Positions 1 through 12,632 of a DNA stretch of 58,853 bases are shown here, piece by piece. Below the pieces are notes generated by a model. The model made no database searches, was not told the DNA's origin, and worked only from the letters and a program-made list of their open reading frames with translations. Each line of letters starts with the position of its first letter. The first letter of the stretch is position 1. Both the position numbers and the translations under genes were made by a program. This DNA comes from Basidiobolus ranarum (taxonomy: Eukaryota): contig JASJQH010006884.1 in the NCBI GenBank assembly GCA_040143965.1, positions 1 to 58,853 of the forward strand, written 5' to 3'.

Positions 1-573
1 TTCTTGATTTCTTCCAACTCCAAAGCATATCTTGAAAGACAAAGTTAGCGTCACTATTTAATAAACAGTGGCCAATACGAATCTAGAGATTTACCTGGTA
101 GGCATGATGTGGTTGTAGTTGACAACCTTGATGAAAGGCTTGACCTTGGAGCGCTTGGAGATACGCTTCTTACCCATGGACTTGTTCACCTTAAGGGGAT
201 ATCTTTCAACACCAGCGACGATGGCATGACCATAGTTACGTTCCTTGGTACCTTCATCGAAATGTAAAAACAAAAAAGCAAAAATCAAGCATATAGGTCA
301 TTTAAATCTTTGAGAAGCAGTTGGGTTGGCATATGGTGCAATTCAGAAATAAATCAATATAAAATAAGGCTTTCAGACAATTAGAATTGATTGGTATTTT
401 TAACAACTACGACTTTCTTGCCAGCATAACGGCCTTGGAGAACGATAGCAACCTACGTTTAGTGGGGAAAAGAAAGTAAATGTTAATTTTATGTGTTCTC
501 TTCATGTATTTAATGGATGGATGCCACTTGAACAACGAGGATTTACCTTGCCTGGTTTGATGAATTTGACCAT
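1..573 (-). CDS. RPL27: 60S ribosomal protein eL27 (3' end runs off the window); includes an AT-AC intron at 264-397
   Basis: Spliced translation [53 protein letters not shown]...[28 protein letters not shown] at 573. Confidence 0.97.
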
Positions 574-664
574 TTTAGTGCGAGGTATCTGCCAAAAGAT
601 AGAGGCCTTTCCCCATACTCATCATCGTTACCTTTAACTGATTCCTGGGATCCTAATGATCATC

Positions 665-676
665 CCCTAACCCTAA
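665..676. promoter_or_regulatory. Telomere-like CCCTAACCCTAA box (candidate Tbf1-type site) in the RPL27/eIF4A-III divergent promoter
   Basis: Two tandem CCCTAA units ~90 bp upstream of the RPL27 ATG; Tbf1 is known to regulate ribosomal protein genes in some fungi. Confidence 0.45.
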
Positions 677-944
677 AATCATTAGCCATCCATTGGGTCC
701 GAGTCAGCTTCGATGATTATTGATCTAAAAAATGGTTTACTCAAGGCATATATATTGGTGGATTGATGTGGTATATAATATCGGTTATTTTAACTAAGAA
801 AAAAATCTGATTAAACAGCACATAGTAAAATTTCCCGAATCTTTTTTTTTTCGTGACAATAAGCTTGATGTAATATACAAGTGTTGAGGCTATGCTTTGC
901 TATTTGAGTTCTTTCATTACACAAACCAAAAGAAAGTGAAAAAT

Positions 945-2275
945 ATGTCTTTTGACCGTAAATTGGATGAGAAGCTCAATTTTGAGACCAGTGAAAGTGT
1001 CAAAGTAATCTCCAACTTTGATCAACTTGGTCTCAAAGAGGATCTTCTACGTGGTATTTATGCTTATAGTAAGTCTACCAATATCTTATGCATTCAATGG
1101 ATCCACTTATATTTTCGTGTCTAACATTTTCTCAATTTATAGATTTTGAAAAGCCTTCTGCTATCCAGCAACGTGCGATTGCCCCCATTATCAAAGGACG
1201 TGATGTGATTGCCCAAGCCCAATCGGGTACCGGTAAAACTGCCACTTTTTCCATCTCCATTCTTCAATCGGTCGATACCGCGGTTCGTGAAACTCAGGCT
1301 TTAGTTCTTGCCCCTACTCGTGAACTTGCCACCCAAATTCAAAACGTCGTCTTAGCATTAGGAGATTACATGAACGTTCAATGTCACTCTTGCATTGGTG
1401 GTACCAGTGTTGGTGAAGATATTCGTAAACTTGATTATGGACAACACGTTGTTACCGGTACACCAGGAAGAGTTTATGATATGATTCGTAGACGTAATCT
1501 TCGTACGCGTAATATTAAAATGCTCATCTTAGATGAAGCTGATGAACTTCTTAATCGTGGTTTCAAAGATCAAATTTACGATGTATATAGATACTTGCCA
1601 CCCTCTACTCAAGTGGTGTTACTCAGTGCCACACTTCCACACGATGTTCTTGAGCTTACAACCAAATTCATGACTGACCCCATTCGTATTTTGGTCAAAC
1701 GTGATGAGCTTACCCTGGAAGGTATTAAACAATTCTTCGTTGCTGTGGAGAAAGAAGAGTGGAAATTCGATACCCTGTGCGATTTATATGATACTCTAAC
1801 TATCACTCAAGCAGTCATCTTTTGTAACACTAGAAGAAAGGTAGATTGGTTAACTGAGAAGATGAGAGAAGCCAACTTTACTGTCTCATCCATGCACGGA
1901 GAAATGGCTCAAAAAGACAGAGATGCAGTTATGCAAGAATTCCGACAAGGTGCTAGTCGTGTATTGATTACTACCGATATTTGGGCTCGTGGTATTGATG
2001 TTCAGCAAGTCTCGTTAGTTATCAACTATGATCTCCCATCCAATCGTGAGAATTACATTCATCGGTAAGTTTACTCACAATTCATTATATTCATCTATTC
2101 CAAGAGAGAGAAACTAATGGATTTCTTTAGTATTGGTCGTTCCGGAAGATTCGGTCGTAAAGGTGTTGCCATCAATTTTGTTAAAAGTGATGATATCAAG
2201 ATCTTACGCGATATTGAACAATACTACAGTACACAAATCGATGAAATGCCAATGAATGTCACTGATTTGATTTAA
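945..2275 (+). CDS. FAL1: DEAD-box helicase eIF4A-III (exon junction complex core / Fal1)
   Basis: [20 protein letters not shown] motifs; eIF4A-III-type DIWARG; GT-AG introns 1069-1142 and 2065-2130. Confidence 0.95.
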
Positions 2276-2715
2276 TCTCAGACGTTGACTTCATTCCGTC
2301 ACCGTCGTCCAATATCTTACTCGTTTTTCTGCATACTCAGAGTACCCTCCCCTTTTACACACGAAACCTGATTTCCACTCCATTTGAAATCCCCTCAGTT
2401 CTTTATCTTCTACTAAAAAAGAAAATGACCAAGGTTCGGTGGTTGGACTATGTACATTAATCGGAGACAATAAAAAGCAAAAAATCATTTACAAGTAGCA
2501 CCGAACTGTGAGGAAGTACATGCATTGATGTGTAGTGTCTCCGAGAAGAGTTTTATTCAAAGGGATGTGAAGATGGGTCGAAATCAGTGCCCTTAGCTTG
2601 AGTATGCTATGTATGCTGAAATACGAAGAATGAAATGGAGAGAATGATGATTGATGAAATGAAGAACATAGAAATGTACAAAGATACACCTCTTTTTTGA
2701 CATCATCTTGGCTCC

Positions 2716-4363
2716 TTAATTTTCTTCGAGTTCACCAATCTTTTGTCCGACGCGAACTGTTTGGTTTGGCTCAAGCGTAAACTTGAAGTTGCTAGGGGCC
2801 TCGAACACTAATACAACCGTAGATCCAAGTCGGAATCCACCCACTTCATCACCTGAACGAAGTGGATATCCTCCCAAGCGATTGCTGTAGCTTTCGTAGG
2901 ACACTTGGGTGTAAGTGCCCTCAGGAATGATCTCTTTTTGATTTGTACGCAGTTCCTAAGAAGTGGTTCAGCTTATTGTTTGAATGACAAATTATATTAA
3001 GAGAATATTTAGTTACTTTATCAAAGTTGATCTTGATCGAGCCAACATTAGTGGCACCAACGGGAGCCATCGCAAAGAATCCATGACGCCATTGTCCTAA
3101 CAATACCACACGTTCGTTAAGCACAAACAGATTGGAAAGAAGCTTGACCATGTATGGAGAAACTGAGAATAGTTCACCTGAAATGTATAAAAGTAAGTAC
3201 ACTAATTAAATCGATAAAAAGACGCAACCTATAGTTACCGGCAAAGTGACGTCTATTTTGAACTACCCAGTTGGTGGGTGAATGGAAGCGATGATAATCT
3301 CCAGGGGCAAGATAGATGACACAAAAGAAAAGTTGATTTCCTTCTTTCAATGGTGGAATATGATATTGTTCAGACTTGGCGCTCTCGGTCGATTGTGGCG
3401 CAACCTCACCCTCTTCACCCAAAAGTTTATCAAGCGAATAAGTGATTCCATTGACGTTTGCAAACTCCTCCTCATCTGTAATGCTGCCAACTGGAGTATC
3501 TATCCACTCAGTGTCTTTGCCATTACCGTTTCCAATAAAGGCATCAAGGTTATAGGTAAATCCTTTAATTTGCTCAACCATACGGCCTTGGACAACGCCG
3601 AAATGAAGGACTTTACCATCCGATGGACTTACCTAGGTAGTTGCATGCTCTGTTAATTACTTAAAACCTTCAATTCCAACACTTTTCATGAATGATAACG
3701 TACCATAATTCCATCATCAATAGGTCTGGCACCGGGCTTCAAAGTTCGATAAAAAAAGTCACCCAAGTTTGGATAAGATTTGAGGTCAGGGTTCTCCATC
3801 TCCTCCAAGTTACAGCCAAACACCCAACTATACAACTTATATCCAGGTTCTCGGAGCCAAACAGGTAGAGTGACCCCATTAAAGGAACCAAAAAAACGAG
3901 ATAGAGCTCGTAATGGAAGTGCTCCAAAAACATGCACCTTTCATTAAAGTTCAGCCGTTAAAACATGAAAGTGAGGATAACTAATGAATGGGATGTTAAT
4001 ACCTGCCAAGGTCCAACTACAACAGGTTTTTTAAACTCGCTAGACTCTTCTTGCTTCTGGATCTCTCGTTCGCGAATATGTGTATACTGTTGGAATCCAA
4101 TGTATGCCAAACCTAAACCAACAGGAATAGGTGCCCATTCAATTGGTGTATCCTTGATTTTCTGTCGTAATGAGGCTAAACAAGTTGACAAGTTTGTTGA
4201 ATACAAGAGAAAATAAGCAAATTGCTTCATATAAATTGAATATACCGAAATTTTGTTTGGCACTGTATTTTGGTACGGTGGAGTTAAATTTTCGGATTGG
4301 TGTCAAAATGGTATGACGCTTGACAGCTCGAAGGAGCAGGCCCTTATTACTATATCTCAACAT
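2716..4363 (-). CDS. PSD1: Mitochondrial phosphatidylserine decarboxylase proenzyme
   Basis: N-terminal Arg-rich targeting peptide; [22 protein letters not shown] and LGST autocleavage motif; 5 GT-AG introns. Confidence 0.95.
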
Positions 4364-4944
4364 TACTGATAAGTTTCTGTAAGCCTGGTAAGACCACTTT
4401 TTTGTGGTTGAAAGTCTCAAGTTTTTCACCAAAAATTTCGAATCTCTCAAAGCTAAAATATCACCAAATTAAACCTCTAATGTAAAACATAGCATTTACA
4501 ACCTACACCATGGGATTTATAAATTTTATCGATTTATTTTGCAACTCCGATAATTAAGCTACCACATATTTCTTGGTACTTCATATGTTACCGACATTTA
4601 AGATTCCAATTTAACAAATGGCTTAAACTACACGATTGAGGGAGAAAGAAATTTCTATACTAGGGTTGGTTATCCTCCATAAATGTCTAATAAAACTCAC
4701 CCCTTGAAAGATCTGCTCTATGAAATTGCGTCACTAGGAATCATTGATATATATATATTACAAAACCACCACATAATGCAGTTTTGACAAGGTGAAAAAA
4801 AAATGAAATTTTTTTATGTCCATTCCAAATTCACCTAGTCCAATCAAATTCTTGTCGAATGCTCTATAAAGTTAAAGAGATACTTGTCATCTTTCTTCTT
4901 GCTTTCTTCTGAAACGTTTCGAAGTACAGTTACCTTTCTTTATA

Positions 4945-5554
4945 ATGGCTTTCCGTCGTCCTGGACATAATATTTGCTACAACTGTGGTGGTTCCGGCCA
5001 TCAAGCTAAGGATTGCACCAAGACCGAACCCGTCTGGTAATATAGCAACTACTTTAATCTCGTTAAAGTCTACATCAAATTAACACAACATATATAGCTA
5101 CAACTGCAACCAAACTGGTCACATCAGCCGTGAATGCAAAGAGCCTGCTGCCGCCAAGACCTGTTACAGATGCGGTGAGAATGATCATCTTGTAAGTATT
5201 AACGTACCTTGTTCTGTTACTCCTTCACATACTCAACGCAAAATTATATAGTCTCGTGATTGCCCTAAGACTCTTGCTGAGGGTCCTGAATGCTACAAGT
5301 GCGGTCAATCTGGTCACATGTCCAGAGCCTGCCCTGAAAACGCCAACAGTGGCCGTAATGCTGGTAAGAGCTGTTATTCTTGCGGTGGTGTTGGCCATAT
5401 GTCCCGTGATTGCAGCAAGGGTAGCAAGTGCTACAACTGCGGTAACACTGGTCATATCTCTCGCGATTGTACCGAGAAGTCCAACCAATCTTGCTATGCA
5501 TGTGGTGGACAAGGTCACATCAGCCGTGATTGCCCTGACAAGGCTCAAGCCTAA
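4945..5554 (+). CDS. GIS2: CNBP/Gis2-like nucleic-acid-binding protein with 7 CCHC zinc knuckles
   Basis: Seven C-x2-C-x4-H-x4-C repeats after removing introns 5037-5097 and 5192-5251. Confidence 0.9.
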
Positions 5555-6113
5555 ATTTCGTCAAATTATGTTTGATTAGTTTAACTATAAAATAGTTGGT
5601 GCTGAAATAGGGGAGTAAAAATGTATACCTTAAATTTTCTCAAACACTTTGTGGACCTGACATTTGGTTTCTTTCTCTTACCCTTATCGTTGAAAAGATG
5701 TCGTACATATGTACTATACAGTTTTCCTCCTTTTGTAGATTCTCTTTCATCACCAATTTGCTTATTTTTTTACTTTATTTAGTCTGAACCAACATTATAA
5801 ACAATTAATTTCCAAAACTGTTCATTTATTTTGTTATATTATGCTGATCGATTTGTTCTCGTTCCCAGTGCTAGGGAAGCTAGTAGCTGTCAAGTATAAA
5901 CAAATCGTACCCATTATTGCATAAAATGCACCAAGTGAATTAAACTGAGCATAGATTTATAATCACCTTAGGCACCAATGATAACCAATATATTCTCGAT
6001 ATATCCAGCCACTCAAATGAAGTTACGTCCTTGGGTGGATATTTATGAAATAAGCTAAGAGGTGCTCTAGTCTGTTTCTTAGCTGTTGTTTTCGTACTAG
6101 AAATCTTTGAAAA

Positions 6114-6572
6114 ATGGGAGTTGTACCAGCTGTGAAAAAACTTCTTTCAAAGTACCATTCAGATACTCCTCAAAGTCTGAAGCTTATAGATGCTTATTTA
6201 GTTTACATTCTGTTTACTGGCATTTTTCAATTCGTCTATTGTGCTATTGTTGGTACATACCCATATAATGCCTTTCTTGCTGGTTTCATATCTACCGTGA
6301 GCTCTTTCGTGTTGGCTGGTAATTAATCCTGTCATTTTATTGATACGTACACGTACATAGTTAACTAATTTCTTTTCTTTAAAAGCCAATCTTCGCATCC
6401 AAACCAACCAGAAGAACAATGACTTCCCCTCAATCTCCAATGAAAGGTAGGAACTTGTATGTAAATTTTGTTTGAACTTCTTCATTTTAAACAATTGATA
6501 TCTAGAGCATTTGCCGACTTTGTTGTTGGGAACCTTGTAGTGCATTTGATTGTTGCAAATTTCCTTGGTTGA
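6114..6572 (+). CDS. OST2: Oligosaccharyltransferase subunit DAD1/Ost2
   Basis: LKLIDAYL...[28 protein letters not shown]...ERAFADFV...NFLG; 2 introns. Confidence 0.95.
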
Positions 6573-7032
6573 TCCGAAGATATGCGCACATATATCTTAT
6601 CTCTAGCTACATTCAAACACCCTTTTGCAAAATGAATACCTCCTACCTTATTTCTTTCTCAATTGTTCTTCAACTTTAGAAAGACGGTTGAACTTTGTGA
6701 ATGTGTTGTTTTTGAATTTACCTATGCAATATCTCGCAATAAATCTTACTAGTTACAAGTGATTTTCTTTTAATGTAATAAACTAATATGTATATTCTAA
6801 TTTCTAACGATAAAAGGTATTCTTTGATGATAACTGTTACTGAACATTAGATTCCAGGATAGTATTGACGCTACTGACTGAGTAGCTATTCTGGGGATGA
6901 AAAATTCAAGGTATCCAGGAATTTAGAGAACTGATAAAATACTGGATTCAAATCCGGACCCGTTCCCGAGCTATGCGACCATTATATATAATAACGAACA
7001 TTTCGTTCTAATTTCTCAAATAAAAGTTTAAA

Positions 7033-7362
7033 ATGGCCTTTACTTGGAGAGCTGCTAACATTAGGTACATTAATATATATAATATCATCCTACGAATATA
7101 TAACTGAAAGTTACCATTTTCCAAACAGTTACCTTCAATACAGTCAAATTTGTGCTAAAGCTGTGCGTAGTGCTTTGAAGCAAGAGGAGCGTCTTGTAGC
7201 ACAGAAATGCGAGGAGCAAGGACTTAAGTTCTCTAAATGGGTTAACGGAAAACAAGGTGATTTGGTAGGTTTCGACAGTGTATTTCAAATATCGCAAAGT
7301 ATAAATCAGTTAACGCTATTACATAGCAACCTGTCTCCTCTGAAGTTCCGAAGTCTGTATAG
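7033..7362 (+). CDS. ATP15: Mitochondrial F1 ATP synthase epsilon subunit
   Basis: MAFTWRAANIS|YLQYSQICAKAVRSALK...FSKWVNGKQG; 2 introns. Confidence 0.92.
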
Positions 7363-7744
7363 CCTTCAATTCTTGTTTCTTGACACTGAGCCAACGGTTC
7401 ACTTCAATAACTAAAATAGTAACTTATTCTTTAACAACTTTGTGTTTATTTTTGTCTTTCATTTGTATATTTATTCAATCAAAGGAGAATAAAAGAAATA
7501 TCTATTATAATGAAAGTCATTACTTTATGAAATATTAGCAAATTATACATACGAGTTACCTCCATAACCGTATATTTTACGATGTCCTACTTCATCTAAC
7601 TGTTATAAAGGTGTTACACACATACTACCAATTTCGGTTTATTTTTGTTTTTCTGGATTCAGTAAATATCAACTGAGGCTTTTTAGATAGGGAATTGAAA
7701 GTTACAAACTCAAGCAAAGTATATTCTGTAGGCTTTGCGATACC

Positions 7745-8026
7745 TCAAGGACCTTCACTGAAATCGGGTTGTTTATAATTAGTAGCTAGAGTAGCTTTCA
7801 TGAGCCCCAAAGTTCCCAAGCTCAAGATAGAGACCATAGCCATTGGTGTAAACAATCCTTTAGTTTTTAATTCTTGGTTCTGAGCATGTCCACCGCTTAT
7901 AAACCGACGGGAAATAATATTGCGTGTCAATAGAGCCTTATAAAAGAAAGGTTTAGAGTAGTGATGTAGACTATTTTCAAAGCAAAGTTACAGTACCTTG
8001 GTGCGTGGTGATGTGTTGCGTAGCAT
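7745..8026 (-). CDS. 73-aa putative mitochondrial single-pass microprotein, unknown function
   Basis: Exons 7997-8026 and 7745-7936 with a GT-AG intron; Arg-rich acid-free N-terminus (MLRNTSPRTKALLTRNIISRRFIS), one hydrophobic segment; TATAAA ~45 bp upstream. Confidence 0.65.
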
Positions 8027-9134
8027 AATGAGGAATGTGACTGGCAAATTGGCAGTCGTTATGCCATATTTATAGTGGATAGAATATTGATTTTAGCTAT
8101 GATTTACTAACCCTAAATTTCAACGAATCCCCCACAGATTAAATATAGGGTTTGTTTCACTCTATCACATCATTAGAGACATTTTATCAAGGGACCAATT
8201 GCATAATATTCTCTCTATGTTGACTTAACAAATTATGACCTACACTTGCCTTACCTAGTCCATTTCGTATCTTGAAATCTGTTTGGTTCGCATAACTAGT
8301 AATGGTTGTTGGTTATAATAACTATTATCACTAGTAGGAAAGGAGTTAACACAGGCTCAGAGGTGGGATGGATCATGATATTATACAGATGATAGGTCAG
8401 AAAACCTGAAACAGGTTTTAGATGGTATTGCGAAATAAATACTATAAAAATCCTTAATATAGAGTAATTGGCGTACAAAGAGCATTCATTGCAAGTATCT
8501 ACATTATTTCTGCAATAACAAGGACGGGTCAGAAACATAACGATCTTGTCCCGGGTAATTCGTTTTTCTCACTTCCTATCTACATCTTCACACTGAATAT
8601 GTCACCACTACGAACTTCAAATTATCGCTATATTTCGCTTTCGAATACTTAGAGGCAGAGAAGTTCCATCAACATTCAGTATAATGGATAGGAATATTCA
8701 GGCATCAGAGGATAATGTTCCCAAAGTGACCCTCGTTGGTATGTGCGATTGCTTTAATAAAGCTTTTGCAAGAGCTTTACAATCCCGAGCGGATTCAGAT
8801 TCTCACATCATGAACTTGACGGTTTGGAAGTGCCGTACTTTTACCAACCACTGAGAACTTTCCAAAGAAACTGAGCAAGGAGAGATCGTTTTAAGCAGCG
8901 TGAAAATGGATATAAGTGATTGTTACATATACAATAAGTTTGGTTCCTTTCCAAATGCTTAACTAAAGCAGGATAACGAGTTGGACTATACCAAGGTTAT
9001 TATGGATATCATTCTCACAAACTTCTCTGCTCAGATGGTTCAATATTTAAAATGATGTTTAATGTTTATTTCAATATGTATCCTATGTTAATGTTACGGT
9101 GATGGTTAAAGGTTTTAGATTAATGATTTTTACA

Positions 9135-9819
9135 CTATTTGGCTAATCCACATTCGATAGAGATTTTCTTTGCAAGAGGTTTGTGCAAATCCAATTTTGG
9201 TACATGAATAAACAGTACTCCATCCTCATACACTGCACGGACATCTTCCACCTCTACTTTGACTGGGAAAACAAAGGATCTTTGAAAGCGAGCATGTCTA
9301 CTCTTTTCAACATCAGCTAACCAAGGGGAGCCAGCATTAGTTGGAATTAACCCCATCGACGTAGGTTCTTCGGTTTCCTTAATTCCCAAGAAACTGTCTA
9401 AAATTTTTCCACGTCTTTCAACTGTACCAAAAACAACCATAGTTGTTTCATCGACAAACTCTAAATTGATATCTTTCTTCCGAACACCCGGAAGTTCAAC
9501 TTGAATGAAATAGGAGCTGTCATTTTCTGTAAGATTGAGGAAAGTTAGCCTTGTGGAAGTAAACACTAATAACAGTATGTCAGTACTTACCTGAAAGCTC
9601 CACTGCTGGCTTTAAATGATTTTCACTTTCACTTTCCAGTTCTTGTTCTATGGGACGAAGAATGGTTGGCTTTGTTAGGTGAATTGAGTGGTAGTTTGTC
9701 ATAGGTCGATAATGAGTGTGGCCAGCACGCCTATGGGCAGTAGCAGATAAAGGCTCATCCAAGATGGCTACAGCATGACGTACACCAGGAACAACAGAGG
9801 AGAAAACTCGAGAGAACAT
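9135..9819 (-). CDS. Small heat-shock protein (Hsp20/alpha-crystallin domain)
   Basis: ELPGVRKKDINLE...RFQRSFVFPVKVEVEDVRAVYEDGVLFIHVPK; one intron; N-terminus resembles a targeting peptide. Confidence 0.88.
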
Positions 9820-10477
9820 CGCTTCTCTTAATCTAATGAACTGAAAACGCAATATGAAATGGTGGAAGCAGAAGAAGTATGATAAGAATCTAATTTCATT
9901 CCACGATGAAGTAAAACAATTATGTTTCTCCTACTCCGCTCAATATATATATAGCCAGAAATCTAGTTAAACCCAGTTTCACACCGCAAGTCTTGAGAAA
10001 GAACGGGCTAGAACGATGCAAGTCATTCTTTGTAATGGTATACCGGAGGCAGTCACATATTAATGTGATACAGACTACCCCCAATCGAAGTGACGCCGGG
10101 GTTTCTTATTACTTCTCTACTTCAAATGCTGTAACACACATCCAATTTGATGACTTCTAGCGCGCCACATGTAAAAGGCCTGGACTTAATGAGAATGATC
10201 TTGAGTATCTCCGATTTATCAGATTCCCAAGTGATCAGTATAAAATTAACCATAGCAGTACAGTTGTGAGAAGAGGGCGCTCTTCCAAACGTCATCCGGC
10301 ATTTAACCGTTCAAATATTCCTTGCAGGCGCACATGGTTAACAGGTCATAGGATTGTTTTTTATTTACACTCATCACAAAGGCTGTATATCTCGCATCCG
10401 AAGGGCACCGATGAATGCTCAGCATAAGAGAAATGGTAGCATTAAAAGAGCATGTACAGATAAATATTCATCATATA

Positions 10478-11120
10478 TTATGGTGATGATGGAACAAAAT
10501 GGAATACAATCACGTCGCCACTTTGTAATACGCTCAAATCTTCATCCTCTAATATGATCGAGGCGGTACTCTCTAGAAGTATGGCCTTGACTTTAGTGAC
10601 CTCCTTATCTTCATACAATTTTTCATAAGCCAGGTCTATCAAATCATTCAAATTTTGCTTATTTATGTTGAATTTTATCGTACGCCGCCAAGGCAATTCA
10701 TAATCCTCTACCACTTTTGTTGCGTGTTGAAGTGCTAAGCGTATCTCCCCGTTATCATACGGGAGTACAGAAGAATCGATACTTTGTCTTCTGACTACAT
10801 CGTAAGTAGACTCGCTGTCTTCGCTAAGTTCAGTGCCAGACAATGCATCTTCAACAATAAAACGCGAGTTAGCTCAAGAGAATAAGAGAAAAGGGAAATA
10901 TTTAAGTAGAAAGATACTTACCTTGTATATGAGTATAGTTACGCTTATGTTTTTCGGTCTTTTCGTGCTTTAATATAGAAAGGGAATCTAAAGTGCCTCT
11001 GAGTTTTATACTTACTTCACATACTTTACAACTGACAAGTGAGTCTTTCTCAACCTCAAATACATCTGGTTTCTCCAATACTACGCGCTTCCATCGTTCT
11101 TCTGGTGTTAATTTCGGCAT
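10478..11120 (-). CDS. Orphan protein: N-terminal C2H2/BED-like zinc finger plus C-terminal putative beta-grasp domain
   Basis: CKVC-x17-H-x5-H in exon 1; GT-AG intron 10849-10921 joins in frame to the 10478-10848 exon. Confidence 0.7.
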
Positions 11121-11584
11121 AACAATAATATAACGAACAAGAGGTTCAAATTTAATGATCTATACAATATGCGTCTCTATACTATCGTAATGAACGTGAC
11201 CATAGGTATAAAAGCAAGTTTGGGATGATTCGGCTAAAGCCGATGATTTTCCGGCCTGAAAAACCAAAGAAGTAATTACCACTTCTAACCTCGTGTCTAT
11301 TCCTCTTTTATCTTTCGTGACTCTGTATATATAGACAGAGTAACGAATATTACAGAAAGTGAATCCACAAAGAGGCATCTTCCAAAAATTTATTATACAT
11401 TAATTATACTATAGTACATGGCCTTATGAGAGAACGAAATGAAATGGTCACATAATATCGAAAGATGAGATAATATTATTCTTTCTATAATGCAGAGATT
11501 CAAACTATAAATCGATCAATATGGCAATGGAGAAGGTAGAGCAACATTGCCGTATGCTTACAACACTTGGAAACTAATACATAC

Positions 11585-12632
11585 TTACGGAGTCAAGTAA
11601 CCGTTGTTTGGATGAGGATGAGGATGAGGGATCATATTAAGTGTATTTGGGATTTCAGGAGAAGAAAGGCTTTCTTTCGGTGGGGAATTTAACAAGAAGG
11701 ATAAGGAGCATTGAGTCTTCCTTTTCTCAACAAGAGATCTATTTTCATGTTGGCGATCTACCATACTTCCATGAACTGGGCTCTTACATCGTGCTGAGAA
11801 CGATTTGACTTTGTATGGTGAATATCTAGGGCACTGAGCTGGCTTCTGTGTTGATTTGATTTCAAATGAACCCACCTTGGGTCTATGTGAGGATATTTGA
11901 TTCTTGAGAAAAGTCTCCCAACGATTGAATATACTTTCGGGGATCAATAGTTGATAGTCAATTAACTTCAAAAATGTCATTTCAATACAATTGACTTCCG
12001 CTACGCTAACTCCCATTATGTTTGCCCAAGTACGATTCTTATAGTTCTTGTCCTGAGTAAACTTTGAAGCAACCATTAACGAAGCCATAAACATTCGTCT
12101 TCCACATCGTGCGAAATCCATAAAACTAGGCTTTTCAAAGCAGGCTCCTTTAGGGTTAAGCCTCAAAAGATATAACAGTCCTAAAGACCAAACACCCAGC
12201 GTCACTTTAGAGCGCTTAACTGTCTCCAAGATAAATTTCGCGAGTGGAACCACTTGATCAACTTCTGAACCAAACTTTTTAGACCACACACCATTTACAA
12301 GATTCACAGTGACATCTAAAGAGAAAAAAAGATATTAGCAAGAGAAATTACAAATGTGTGCAGAAAGTAGATTTTTTTCTTTATGAACACAAAATAAACT
12401 ATAAAGCGTGTTGCTTACCAGTGAGGCATTCTAAAGTATATGTATCCATTGGGGTTGGTGGTGTATCAATGATAGGAAGAGAGCAGACGGTATTGATAGA
12501 AGGAATTGTGACGGCATTAAGTGAGTGTTCGGGTGAAGTTGTTAGACTGTTGTCACAGCTAGAAGGGGGAGTGACATAGTTTGAAGTTGGGTTTTGTACA
12601 CTAGAATTTCCTACTTGCATTAGAGACTCCAT
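11585..12632 (-). CDS. Pho85-type cyclin (Pcl5-like)
   Basis: Cyclin box ...LLYLLRL...CGRRMFMASLMVASKFTQDKNYKNRTWA...EMTFLKLIDYQL; Ser/Pro/Thr-rich first exon; one intron. Confidence 0.85.

Noticed and set aside
264-397. Intron-encoded snoRNA in the RPL27 AT-AC intron
   Set aside because: No convincing box C (TGATGA)/D pair with a terminal stem, and no H/ACA hairpins visible
250-410. Alternative GT-AG splicing of RPL27 intron 2 (donor GTAGTT, acceptor GAAG)
   Set aside because: It would delete the conserved VVVKNFDE segment that is intact on both sides of the AT-AC junction
5225-5579. Overlapping 107-aa ORFs on both strands
   Set aside because: Shadow frames of the repetitive zinc-knuckle coding sequence
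8540-9000. Short ORFs between the microprotein and the sHSP
   Set aside because: No recognisable motif and no consistent splice model
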